Shown: positions 51,351-64,000 of the stretch, in pieces
Layout: the number at the start of each line of letters is the position of its first letter
Position numbering within the stretch: position 1 is the stretch's first letter
From: Octopus sinensis
Taxonomy: Eukaryota
Direction: 5' to 3'
DNA: 64,000 nucleotides
Assembly (NCBI RefSeq): GCF_006345805.1
Contig: NC_043005.1
Span: forward strand, 99,944,001-100,008,000
Made by a program: the position numbers and the translations under genes
Notes under the pieces: generated by a model
Told to the model about the DNA's origin: nothing
The model's database searches: none
Seen by the model: the letters and a program-made list of their open reading frames with translations, nothing else

Positions 51351-52845
51351 ACAACAAGTGCATTGTGTTTGCACAATCATGAGGCCATATTAACTGAACA
51401 CTCGAGTGTTGCTCTCACTCTTGTGCTGCTGATCAAATGGATTCAGAGCCATGTTTGGTATTTGAGTTTGTGTTATCACTGTGTCTTCAATTTTAGCCAT
51501 TTAGTGTTCAGATTTTTTTTTTATTTATGCGCCCTTATCAAGCCTAGCCAGGCTCATGGGCCTGGTTTCCCAGTTTCTGAGGCATATATGTTCCCCCCAG
51601 CTGGACAGGATGCCAATCCATTGCAGCATTACTTAAGAAACAGGAAGAGAGAGTGAGAGAAAGTTGGGGCGAAAGAGTACAACAGGGGTCGCCACCACCC
51701 TCTGCTGGAGCCCCGTGGAGCTTTTAGGTGTTTTCGCTCAATAAATACACACCACGCCTGGTCTGGGAATCGAAACCGCGATCCTCCAACCGCAAGTTCG
51801 CTTCCCTAACCACTGGGCCATTGCACCTCCACAGTGTTCAGATTACTCTGTCACATGTAATCTTTATTTACTAAGATTGTTTTAAATTAATGATGCATTG
51901 TTTTGTGGATTCAAGATTTTAATGATCTGATTGTTTCTTTTTAGAATGACACAGTAGGATAGATGTGAGGGACCAGATTTGGTCAGTTTGAACATAAAAC
52001 TGGTGGAATATTTGGGCTGGATATGGTTGGTTAAATGCTAAGGGGTTGCACACAGTAGATAATGCCATACCTTGTGCTGTTTGAAATCAGAGAATTTCAC
52101 TTGATATGTCTCAGAGTGCTTGCTATACAACTTGATGTAAGGGGATATTTAATCTACTTCTGTTTAAGCAGAGGTTCTAGAATATTTTCTTCACTCTCTT
52201 TTGGATTAGTTCCTGTGGCTGTTGAGTTTACAAAATTCTCCTATTTACACTTTTATCTTTGAAACTGTAGCACATCCAAATTTTCCATCAGTTCCTTTTG
52301 TATTGTAGGAAAGTTTGTCTTTTCACAGTTCCTCTATGAATGGACTACAGCATTTGGAATCAGGCAAATGGCATTTCGTTGCTGTTCTTACTGCTGTCAT
52401 TGTCTTCTCAATGATTTGAGTATCTGGGACATTTTTCAATTAACTCTTCAATATGCTACTCATTTTCTTCTTCCTCTTTTATATTTAGCTGTGCATTTTG
52501 GTGCTGTGCATTTTGGTGCTGTGCTTTTCCTTTTTGGGCCATTGTAACGCTTGGTCTTGCAGCATAATTAAGTTTGGTAACCAGGCAACCATTTTGGATA
52601 TAAAAATGTCATGTGTGTAAATAAAATTTTGAAAGTTTGTGAACCAGACCCCGTTTTTTGTTCCTGTTGTCTCACCCTGGGTATCGAGGGTAGCTATCCC
52701 TTAAAAAATAATTACATTTCTTTTTACAAGTATTCCAAGGAAAATTTCATTCGGTAATGTTTGGCTAAATTATGCTTTGAAACAAGTGAAAGGATATCTC
52801 CCTACTACAAGAGTTGAATGATGATGATGACAATGGTGGTGGTGG

Positions 52846-52884
<39 letters not shown>

Positions 52885-55169
52885 CTCTTTCAGGTTTTGG
52901 CATAAGGCCAGCACTTTTGTAAAGAGAGGGCAAGTCAATTATATCAACCTTGTATTTGACTGGTTCTTTATTCTAGTGATCCCAGAGAGATGAGAAACAA
53001 AGTTGGCCTTGGTGGGATTTGAACTTAGAATGTAAAGAGTTGTAAGAAATGCTGCTAAGCATTTTTGTCTGACTTGCTAATGGTTCTGCCAGCTTGCTGC
53101 CTTAATAATCAAAATGATATTTGATTACAACAGAAGGAATTCAAATATAGTTTAGGTAGAGGGGTGTCCTTGTACATGACTGGTACATGAAGAAGTTTAG
53201 CTTCATCTACCAGCCATAAAGTATTATGCTGAGAGAGTAAAGGTGGGAGGAGGTGCTGAATGTATGTGAGAGGAGCAATAGGTTGCTATGGTGTTGTTCT
53301 TGTCAGAGTTTTGATGAAGGCCAGTTCAGTTTGGAACAACCAATCTTTTTTTCAGACATGATATACTTTGATCTACATAATATGATATGCCTTTTAGAAG
53401 ATGACAGAGTGTACTTTGAGGGATATTTAGCTACTATGTCCAGCATGTTGAACAACTGCATAATGTTTACCACATTGTAGTAATGGAACAAATATTAGAG
53501 AAATAGTTTCTATAGATATGAAGTAGATAGGAATGATATACGGTATAGGTGAAGTTTGGGCAGGTTCTTCAAAGTAGCTACATTGAATAGAGGTGGGTAA
53601 AAACAGGTAAAGTACCTCACTCCTACCTCTAAGCAATAACCACACCCTTACAAACACAGACAATGCTTTTAACGAGACAATTCTACTTGACATCAAGTGA
53701 TAGTTGAAGAGATAAATTAGCAATAAGTTGGTCTGTCATATTTGGCATTCGTCCCATTATTATTAATGGGACAGTCAATTAAGCATTATATCATGATACT
53801 GATAAACAAACCAAATATAGAAATAGTGGCATTAATCTCTCTCTCTCTCTCTTTCTTTCCTTCTCTCCCTCTCTCACACACACACACGCACTCTCTCTCT
53901 CCCCTCCACTTCCATCTTTAAACTGCATAATTTCAGAAGGCCCAAGGCCAAATGAGAACCTCACTAACAACATTTCATTGTGACTCTCAATAATGATTTG
54001 GCAAATTATTATTGGAAATTTTCAAAACAGTCAAGTATTTTGGAAGGATTTGGCTCTTGTTTAACTGACTTATCTCTCTTAATTGCATTCTAAAATGATG
54101 TAACATCAAGAGAAATCATGGAAATCACTGGAAGCTTCAGTGAAAATAGACAATGGAAACGTTGTTAGTAGAGATCTCATCTTTCACCTCACATTATTAT
54201 TTCATTTCAAGAATAGCGAAAGAAAGAAATTACAAAATATATAAAAATTATGGGTTTTTGTATGTGTGTATTTTTTTTATAATGGAAAGATTTGTGATAC
54301 ATCAGGAAATTAAAAGTTCTTTAAATTTCTTTCCTTCTCTTTCAGTATTTCTTAGTAATTTGGTTTTGGAAATGGCTGAATAAAGTTCCTGTGTGTTTTA
54401 ATGAATGATTTCGTGGAGGAAATTTAAGAAATGACCTTCAGAAAATAAATGAAGGAAGCAATTTTGGTTTTTAAAGTTTCTTGATCAATTTTTCAATATG
54501 ATTTGTTGCTAAAAATACAAAGAAAGAGGTGGAGGAACCAACAACAACAACAACAAACAAACAAACAGAGAAAAAAAGAACAAATGTTTTCTGCTTGTAA
54601 ATAATTTAGAAATCAAGAAGAATTGTCAGAAAACCAGAAAAAATGAAACACTGAGGAGAATATAGCAGTAACTCAATAACTCTCTCTCTGTATGTATGTA
54701 TGTATATATATATATATACATATATACATATACATATATACACATACACACACCCACAAACATACACACACGCATACATGCTCACAGTTTGAAGTATTCT
54801 GTTGCATTCATTCTACTTTCAAACTATGTCATGCTTCTAGAATCAATAATACAAGTAACAGTCAAATACTAGAGTTAATTTCATAAGCTGTGTCCACCTC
54901 TGACAATTCTGGCTCGGTGCCAATATCAGAAATTATTAGTAAAAATTGCTAGCACCTGCTCAAGCTTAGTATCTTAGGGTATTTCATTAATGTTCCTTAA
55001 ATTTCTGAGTTCACGTCCAGCAAGAGGTGACATTGTCATTCATATTTCTGTGTGTAATAACATAAGTAGTTGTCAAGTGCTGGAGTTGGTTTAAGTAATG
55101 TTTCCCTCCTCACAAAATGTGCCCTATTTTCTACATAATAATAACAATAATAATAACACTAATGTGAAG

Positions 55170-55505
55170 GCACATGGCTCAGTGGTTAGAGCATCGAGCT
55201 TACGATCGTGAGGTTGTGAGCTCGAATCCTGGACTGGGCTGCGTGTTTTGTTCTTGAGCAAGACACTTTATTTCACGTTGCTCCAGTTCACTCAGCTGTA
55301 GAAATGAGTTGCGACATCACTGGTGCCAAGCTGTATCGGCCCCTTTGCCTTTCCCTTGGATAACATTGGTGGTTTGGAGAGGGGAGGCCGGTATGCATGG
55401 GCGACTGCTGGTCTTCCATAAACAACCTTGCCTGGACTTGTGCGTGGGAGGGTAACTTTCTAGGTGCAATCCCAGGGTCATTCGTGACCGAAGAGGGTCT
55501 CAGAA
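55170..55505 (+). mobile_element. tRNA-derived SINE family E; partial minus copies at ~41200-41540 and 50520-50700
   Basis: A-box tggctcagtgg and B-box gctcgaatcc, followed by CORE-like cttgagcaagacactttatttcacgttgctccagttcactcagctgtagaaatg. Confidence 0.75.
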
Positions 55506-56101
55506 TAACACTAATGATGATGATGACAATGGCAATAATAATAATAATAATTATAATAATATTGGAAGTATTATCATGTATATTGTTGTCTTGGTATAAA
55601 AGATGGGTTACAGCAAATATTCTGCTCAATACCACAGATTTGCTTGTCAGTTGTTTGACCGTAACCAGTTGAGCATGTCCCTTGGTGGCTGACGATATGC
55701 ACATTTCTGATCACGAGCATAATTAGTGGGGAGCATCATAGCCATGTGTTCAAAGGAATTCTTTGGGGTTTAGATAATTCACCTTTGGAAACATGGGTGT
55801 TTTGTTCAACATCCTTAGAAAACCCTTATTCAGAGACCTTTTGAGCAGGATGGGCTACTCAACCAGAAGAAAATTTTAACTGCAAGGTCATGTGCTGTTT
55901 ATCTTGATATGAGATCACCATGTTGCACATATATGGTTGTGATGCATGTACCTGGTGTACCCTTATCAGATGAGTAGTCATGATGGGTATACTGGACTTT
56001 GAATATTTTACCCCTTTGTCACTTTAATAGCATGCATTGCTCTCTTACTCAATAATAATAATAATCATCATCATCATCTTCATCGTTTAATAATAATAAT
56101 A

Positions 56102-56143
<42 letters not shown>

Positions 56144-58339
56144 TAATGAGGATGATACTAATAATAATTGTTTCTACTATAGACACAAAGCCTGAAATTT
56201 GTGGGGTGAAGGCTAGACAATTACGTTGACCTTGAAAAGATAAAAGACAAAGTTGACTTCAGCAGGATTTGAACTCTGAACATTAAGAGCTGAAAGAAAT
56301 TTCACCAAGCATTTTGTGTGATGCATTAACAATCTGTTTTCAATAACATTTATAACAATCTCTTATATTATAGGCACAAGGCCTGAAATTTGAGGGGAGG
56401 GGGTTAGTCAATTATACCATCTCCAGTGCTCACCTGGTACTTATTTTATCAACTCTGAAAGGAAGAAGGGTAAAGTTTAACTTTGGTAGAATTTGAACTT
56501 GGAATGTAAAGCTAGATGAAACACAGGTAAGTGTTTCATCCAGAATACTAATGATTCTGCTACCTTACTGCCTTGTTTATAACAACAACAGTAACAATTC
56601 TTCATTTCATAGTCACAAGGCCAGAAATTTTGAGAGGGCAAAAGTTAGTCAATGCCATCGGCCCTTGTATTTGAGTATTTTATCAAGCCTGCAAGGATGA
56701 AAGGCAAAGTCAGCCTTAGCAGTATGCCCCAAATTCCATGACCTGCATGCCATCACACCTTGCAAATAATCGGACAATGTATCACTGAAAAACTTCCCAC
56801 ATCGGCTTGGAATCAGACAATAAAAAAAGTTCAGTGTAGTCCATCAAAGATCAAAGTGTGGTTTTGGTTCCATGCTCTGCCTCCACTAGTTGTGCTCACT
56901 GAATGCTTTTGTGTTTCAGAGTAGATACCCTAGCATGAAAACTGCTTTCTTAGTCTTTTGTATAGAGAACTTGGTCAGGCACCATTCTCAGAGAAAGGAT
57001 ATAAAAACTGATTCTGCTTCTGGTTGTCTCTTCTAATTGGTTCACTAACTTTTTTCTCAAGGCAACAATTCTCTATTGCTATGTTATTGCAAAAACTGAC
57101 AGATTCTGCTGTGAAATACTTTTTTAGTGAGACCCACTGTCTTTTATTACTGAAGCTGGTAGTGATTTCTTGGTTTGAGAGTTCCAGGGTTTTGAGGAGT
57201 GTGGAATCACCTCTTAGCCACCATTGTTCCAGAGTCTACTCTCACTCAGAGTCGTAGCACAAACCAGTGTCCATGGCTTAAATAACATCTGAGCAAGAGT
57301 ATGTGGAAAGCATGCAATGCAGCCTGATTGATGTGAACTATTTGGCAGAAGAATATACTTTTCTACTCTAGGTACAAGGCCCGAAATTTTTAGGGAGGGG
57401 ACCAGTCGATTAGATCGACCCCAGTTTGCAACTGGTTCTTAATCTATTGACCCTGAAAGGATGAAAGGCAAAGTCAACCTGAGAGGAATTTGAACTCAGA
57501 ACGTAGCGGCAGACAAAATACCACTCAGCATGTTGCCTGGCATGCTAACGTTTCTGCCAGCTTGTTGCCTTTTGGCAGAAGAATATATCGAATCAATGAT
57601 GAATATCACGAGATGCTGAGTGGATGAACAGATAACAAACTGTCAACAGCCAGGGTCAACTAGTACACTTAGTGAACTACTACTACTATCATCTGTAGTC
57701 GTGGTATGTGCAGATAAGATATTTCAGCTAGTGTAAGGCCAATGTGACTAAAATTCAAGCCAAAACGTTCATGCTTCATCGCTTAATAAGGAAGTCTGGT
57801 GTGGAAGAGTTACATTGGTTTGGGCAAGTGACCCAACTGGCTGTAGCACCAGTCAATTTTCATAGAACTAATTCTTTGATCCTCTCTGAAATCTTTCTAT
57901 GCTTACCACAAGGATGACAAATGAAAATAAAAAAAAGTTCTTTTAGAAGAGTCTTACAAAGGAATCACTGGACTGATGTGTCCGAGACACATGAAGTGAC
58001 ATTCTATGTATATCCTGGTTACCACCACCACCACCATAACAACTACTTCATAATTTGGAGTATCATATTCTTTCCCATTACAGACATTACCAGACAATTG
58101 AGTAAAGCTTTCATTAAGATGGCTTTGCTTTACATTTTAATATGATTAACATGACATTATTCTCCATTGTGTCTCCAGCAATATATAAGTTGACTCTTTC
58201 TAAGAATTATTATTTTTTACAGGGGAAGAGTTATTATAATCTGTTTTTTTTCCCCTCTTTAACAATTCTAACTTGTCATTTTACACTAATTTTGTTTGTT
58301 TAATTTCGGTTTATCTTTGTATGGATTTGTCTGAGATAT

Positions 58340-58700
58340 TTCTGTAAATTGTCATCATTTCAAAGAATTTACAATAAATCAAGTGAAGAGTCATTTTATG
58401 GAACAATATATCAGATTTTGCCAGAACGACATGATGAAGATATTGCAGTAGAGAGAAGAACTCTGGTGCCAAGGTATCTAGTTCCTGTGACCAACTCTAC
58501 ACAGCATTCACCCTTCTCTGCAACTTCCTCTAAGCATCATCTTTTTTACATCCGCTTAAATATAATTAACTTGTAAAAAACGAATCGGCAGTTTCATAGT
58601 CTATGTTCCTGAATATTACATTTATCTGACAAAATTTGAAATGTTCTCCACTAAATTCTGTAACAGGTCATGTGACACCCCATGACTCTTTCGTCTGCGT
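58340..58700 (-). mobile_element. Possible hAT (ZMYM1-like) transposase remnant
   Basis: Fragments ADSFFTS*LYLSG and SDILFH...LIYC give a weak recalled similarity only. Confidence 0.3.
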
Positions 58701-59875
58701 TGTCCTGCAACTATTCTCTTCTCCTCTGTTCCGGAAATAACCTCACCACTTCCCTTCATTATAAATTTTTTGTGTATTTGATTGGATTACGACATTTTAT
58801 TTAAGTTGTTCAGACTTTATGTGGTGATCCCAGATTTTAGGGCTCTAAACAATTGCCTAGTTTTCCTCGTGCATAGCACAGGATCCTAGCATAGAGAGGA
58901 AGAGAAAGAGAAGGCGAAACAAGGAGGTTGTAAAGAGAAATTTCTATGTAATGTTTTTTTTCCCCTGTTTTACACCACTTTTTGTAGATAATAGTATTAT
59001 TAGTTACAGGCTTCCAGTGGGTCAATCACCAAGTGACATGAGACCAACTGGGAGGTCAAACAGAACAAATGCCATAGAGTATTTTTGTTGGAAATTACTG
59101 AACACAGACAGACACACGTACATACTCACACACACTCACAAACATATACACAAACATACACATGCACAAGCACACACACACACACACATACATACATACA
59201 TACACACAGTTGAAGTTGTTTATTATAATCATCGAGAACATTGTCATATGGTTATTGCGATCAAAATTAGTCATCTTTGTCTTTTATCCTTTCAGGGTTG
59301 ATAAAATAAGTACCAGTTGAGTACTGGGGGTCGATGCAATCGACTATCCCCTATACCTCATCCCACCAAATTTCTCAGGCCTTGTGCCTATAGTAGAAAG
59401 TTAAAAAAAAAAAAGAAACAAGTGATTCTCAAAATGATATAGTTATATACTCTGCTTAATGTTATCAGCTGGTTGTTATTGCTGAAAAGGTTTAGTCCTA
59501 GAGTGATTACTGTAAGCAGCTTCAAACCTGTGCGTGTACGTGTTTGTCTACTTTTCAATGCTTGCATTGGTTGGATAGAATCTGTTGAAGCAGAAGTGGT
59601 AAAAGATGATGTCAGGATGTTCAGCCTCATGTAAGAGATGACAAAAGATTGCAACAAATAGTGAGGCACAGTTTTGGAAATGACCTGTCCAACTCGTTGA
59701 AAAGGATAATTTTGACATCTATATCTAGCATACAGGCTGTCTGCTTTTAGTGGTCAGTCCTCTAAATTTTATATGTAGAAAAATTTTTAATCTTGGGATT
59801 TTTTTTAATATGTTAGGCCACTGGTTTTAATTGATTAATATCAATTTCTATCCTTATATAATTTTATATATATAT

Positions 59876-59926
<51 letters not shown>

Positions 59927-60133
59927 GTGTACGGGTCGATGTGTGCATGTGTGTGTGTATGTGATTGTTTTCTACACAATTTCTATCTAACAAACTGCTT
60001 TCCCAAGATATTGGTCAACTCAAGACTATATAGAAGCCTGGAACTGCATATTTAAGAAGCAAACTTCTTAATCACACACTATCAGGGTGGAAGGTCATGG
60101 CTAGGGTTGGAGTTAAATATTGTTTATAATTAA

Positions 60134-60504
60134 CTAGCAGTATCACCCGGTGTTGCTTTAGAATTGGAAATTTTGAAAAGTAAAAATTTTGCATTATGTA
60201 GCTTGTTATTCTTTTTAAGTGAACATTTTTCTGGTTGAAATACACTGAAAATGGCGACACAGCAGTCAAAAAATCGTAAAAAATAGGGATTTTCATAGAA
60301 AAAAATCACCTTTTTGATGTAAATAATTTTTGGTGTTAACATGGTCCGATTTGAATTTTTTCTTCTATGGAAGGAAGAGCAAGCCTTCTTCTATCATACT
60401 CTCAATTTTGGTCAACTTGTGCTGCAGGGTCTTGGAGGAGATAGTGTTAGTTGAAGGCTACCAAACCTGCCATACACAGACAACTTCAGCTTTATATATA
60501 TAGA
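60134..60504 (-). mobile_element. Non-autonomous Helitron
   Basis: Minus strand begins A|TCTATATATATAAAGCTGAAG and ends CAACACCGGGTGATACTGCTAG|T: 5'-TC, 3'-CTAG, AT insertion site, no TSD. Confidence 0.8.
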
Positions 60505-61189
60505 TAATTGGTATGTGTTCACAAAGTCCAAACGATTAATACGAAAAAACCCTCCAGGCTACATCCCGAACATTCATTTCTTTGCCGAATTTCTACAATG
60601 TTTACGGCGATTCGTTTTTATATCTTGATTTTTTATTTTTCATGCATTTTACGCATACTTGCATACGTGGTGAACACAGTTCATGTCAAACAGCTGACTG
60701 AGTAAAGTTCACTATTCAATGCATGGGATAAGGCCTAAACAAACACATTATCGATTTTTGCACTTGCGAGATGAATTTCGGAACAGAAATAGCACAGTTC
60801 AATTTTCATTTGCCTAAACTTTAAGTGACCCATTTTTGGTGGTTCTACGATTTGTTGGCTAGGAGGAGATGTGCCGGGAAGTTAAACACACAGACACATA
60901 CACAGATACACACACAGACACACAAGTTGAATTTTATATATATAGATGAAGGAGAGGAAAGGATAAAGATGATGAATATGGGTGATATAAAAAAAAGAAG
61001 GAATGGAAGAGAGAGAGGGAGAGAGAGTGAGGGAATAGAGTATGAGAAAGTAACTGAAAAGGTAGAGAGGGTGTGTGGGAGAGAGTGTGAAGAGAGAATA
61101 ATAGAGTGAAGAGGGAAAGAGAGGGTGTAGGTTAGAAAGTGTGATTGGGAATGAGTATGAGAAGGAAAAAGAGAATGAGAGAAATAGTA

Positions 61190-61852
61190 AAGAAAGAGAT
61201 GAGAGAGAAAGAGTAAAGAAAGAGATGGGAGAGAAAGAGTAAAGAAAGAGATGGGAGAGAAAGAGTAAAGAAAGAGATGGGAGAGAAAGAGTAAGAAAGA
61301 GATGGGAGAGAAAGAGTAAAGAAAGAGATGGGAGAGAAAGAGTAAAGAAAGAGATGGGAGAGAAAGAGTAAAGAAAGAGATGGGAGAGAAAGAGTAAAGA
61401 AAGAGATGGGAGAGAAAGAGTAAAGAAAGAGATGGGAGAGAAAGAGTAAAGAAAGAGATGGGAGAGAAAGAGTAAAGAAAGAGATGGGAGAGAAAGAGTA
61501 AAGAAAGAGATGGGAGAGAAAGAGTAAAGAAAGAGATGGGAGAGAAAGAGTAAAGAAAGAGATGGGAGAGAAAGAGTAAAGAAAGAGATGGGAGAGAAAG
61601 AGTAAAGAAAGAGATGGGAGAGAGAAAGAGTAAAGAAGAGATGGGAGAGAAAGAGTAAAGAAAGAGATGGGAGAGAAAGAGTAAAGAAAGAGATGGGAGA
61701 GAAAGAGTAAAGAAAGAGATGAGAGAGAAAGAGTAAAGAAAGAGATGGGAGAGAAAGAGTAAAGAAAGAGATGGGAGAGAAAGAGTAAAGAAAGAGATGG
61801 GAGAGAAAGAGTAAAGAAAGAGATGGGAGAGAAAGAGTAAAGAAAGAGATGA
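61190..61852. repeat. 26-bp polypurine minisatellite (GAGATGGGAGAGAAAGAGTAAAGAAA), ~25 copies
   Basis: Period of 26 (e.g. 61325 to 61351) and highly homogeneous units. Confidence 0.95.
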
Positions 61853-63421
61853 AAATAAATGAAGACAGGAAATAATAAATATAAAGATCCCACTGTCAGA
61901 CCCGTTAACCTACCCTAAACTAAGGTCCACTCTCTACTCATTCCTTGTTCTTAAAATTTCTCTGGACAAAATGCAGAGCAGCATTTCTTCCGATTTTATG
62001 TTCCCAATTCAAATGATGCTAAGGTTGACTCTATCTTTCATCCTTTTGTGGTCGATAAAATAAGTACCAGTTGAGCACTGGGGTCGATGTGATCGACTTA
62101 GTTCCCTTCCTTTAACTTGCTGATCTTATGCCTAAATTTGAAACTAATGTTAGCAAAAAGTAATAATAATAATAATAATAAATGCCCTGATGCAGTACCA
62201 GGCAGTGGCTCTTGTGGCTTCTGATCTTAACTGGTTAGAAGTGTTATCAAGTGCATTGTTTTGTCTTAGTATAAAAGATGGGTTACAGCAAATACTCTGC
62301 TCAATACCACAGATTTGCTTGTCAGTTGTTTGAACTTAATGAGCATGTCCCTTAGTGGCTGACGATATGTGTATCTCTCATCACGAGGAGAAGTAGCGAA
62401 GGAACATCATAGCCATGTGTTGACAGGGATTCTTTGGGGTTTGAATAATTCATGTTCAACATCCTTAAACAACCCTAATTCAGGGACCTTTTGAGTGGGA
62501 TGGGCTACTCAACCAGAAGAAAATCTAACTGGGTCCCATCTGCAAGGTCATGTGTTCTTTATCTCGATATGAGACCACCATGTTGCGCACATATGATTGT
62601 GATGCATATGATTGTGGTGTACCCTTATCAGACAGTTAGTCATGATGGGTATACTGATCTTTGAATATTTGTACCCCAGTGTCACTCTGATGGCATGCAC
62701 TGCTCTCTCATTATAAAGATTGACATAATTCTTCACAAAAGTAATTAGACAGTGAGAAGAGTATGGTGCATCAAATCAATAAATAATCTATTACATTCAC
62801 ATCGTGCTCTTCTCATAATAATAACAACAATCATCATCATCATCGTTTAGCATCTGCTTTCCATGCTGGCATGGGTTGGACGGTTCAACTGGGGTCTGGG
62901 AAGCCAGGAGGCTGCACCAGGCCCAGTCTGATCTGGCAATGTTTCTACGGCTGGATGCCCTTCCTAACGCCAACAGTAATAATAATAATAACGCCTAACA
63001 ATAATAATAATAATGGGAATAGAGTGCCCTGTAGAACTATTTGTCCCCTTGGCATGGCCAAAATCATCAAGAAAGTATTAGACAATTGAAAAAGAACAAA
63101 TAGCATGGCATTGTATGCTGCAGGTAGTAAACCTGCATTGCATGCAAGACCCTAGGAGTTCCAAAAAAACCCAACTTATAATAATAATAATGATGATGAT
63201 AATTGTAATGATATTTTTTTCTGATTTAGGCAACTGATCGACAATGTAGGGGGTGCAGTTTAGTGAATTAAATCAACTCTAGTACTTCAGTAGTACTTTT
63301 TTTTGGATCTTTTCCTTTTGAACGGCACTTTGTAACATAATTTCTAGGTAACTAAAAATTTTTAAACTTCGTATACTGGTAGAATGTGTTTATAAAACAT
63401 CATTTTCTCTTGGCTTTATTG

Positions 63422-64000
63422 AGAAAATTCTATAGGTTGTAAGATATTTCGTCTTTAATTTCGAGCATTTTGGCAATTTTAACCAATCTCTGACGTCCAT
63501 TTAGGTAAATAACATTCTGTGTATAACGAATATGTCCCTCCTTTAAGAAACAGATTGGGTTTATTTACATTTGTGAAGAAAAAAAGATACCCTTCCCCAA
63601 CCCCTAACCGTAACTCTAACCCTAAATCTAAAATAGATTGAAATGCAATAGATCGATACTAGGGCCATAATTATGGGTGACATTTTCATTTGACACCGCA
63701 AGAAAAAAATCCCATTTTCTGTAGCGGTGTCGTATGAAATTGTCACCCATAATTATAACCCTAGTATCGATCTATTGCATTTCAATCTGTTTTAGATTTA
63801 GGGTTAGAGTTAGGGTTAGGGTTAGGGGAAGGGTATCTTTTTTCTTCACAAATGTAAATAAACCCAATCCGTTTCTTAAAGGAGGGACATATTCATTATG
63901 CACAGAATGTTATTTACCTAAATGGATGTCAGCAATTGGTTAAAATTGCCAAAATGCTTGAAATTAAAGACGAAATATCTTACAACCTATAGAATTTTCT
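63422..64000. mobile_element. Fold-back element with long inverted arms containing TTAGGG-like repeats; runs off the window end
   Basis: 63422-63699 is the reverse complement of 63724-64000 at roughly 90-95% identity, with ccctaa/ttaggg runs in each arm. Confidence 0.85.

Noticed and set aside
55170-55245. tRNA gene-like A/B boxes
   Set aside because: Continues into a SINE body, with no clear cloverleaf or acceptor stem.
61132-61893. 253-aa Leu/Ser/Phe repeat ORF
   Set aside because: Translation of the 26-bp minisatellite.

Overview
AT-rich, repeat-saturated eukaryotic DNA. The repeat landscape (tRNA-headed SINEs, RTE/Tx1/RLE LINE fragments, Penelope-like elements, extensive TA/AAT microsatellites) resembles an octopus/cephalopod genome; this is inference from pattern recognition. 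Only one host-gene exon is recognisable: a 203-nt minus-strand exon (29498-29700) of cytosolic carboxypeptidase 6 (AGBL4/CCP6) encoding the DIHAHS zinc-ligand motif. The flanking exons were not found, so the whole window probably lies in two very large AGBL4 introns. Most notable observations: (1) two degenerate tandem copies of this exon plus its 5' splice site sit directly downstream; (2) a young 5'-truncated Penelope-like retroelement has ~205-bp inverted terminal repeats, each carrying a type I hammerhead ribozyme, and a third, unrelated minimal hammerhead lies next to it; (3) an RTE LINE 3' UTR contains a hierarchical 61/122/245-bp VNTR; (4) several near-perfect fold-back hairpins are present. 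Most ORFs in the six-frame track are microsatellite artefacts. Coordinates of interspersed repeats are approximate.
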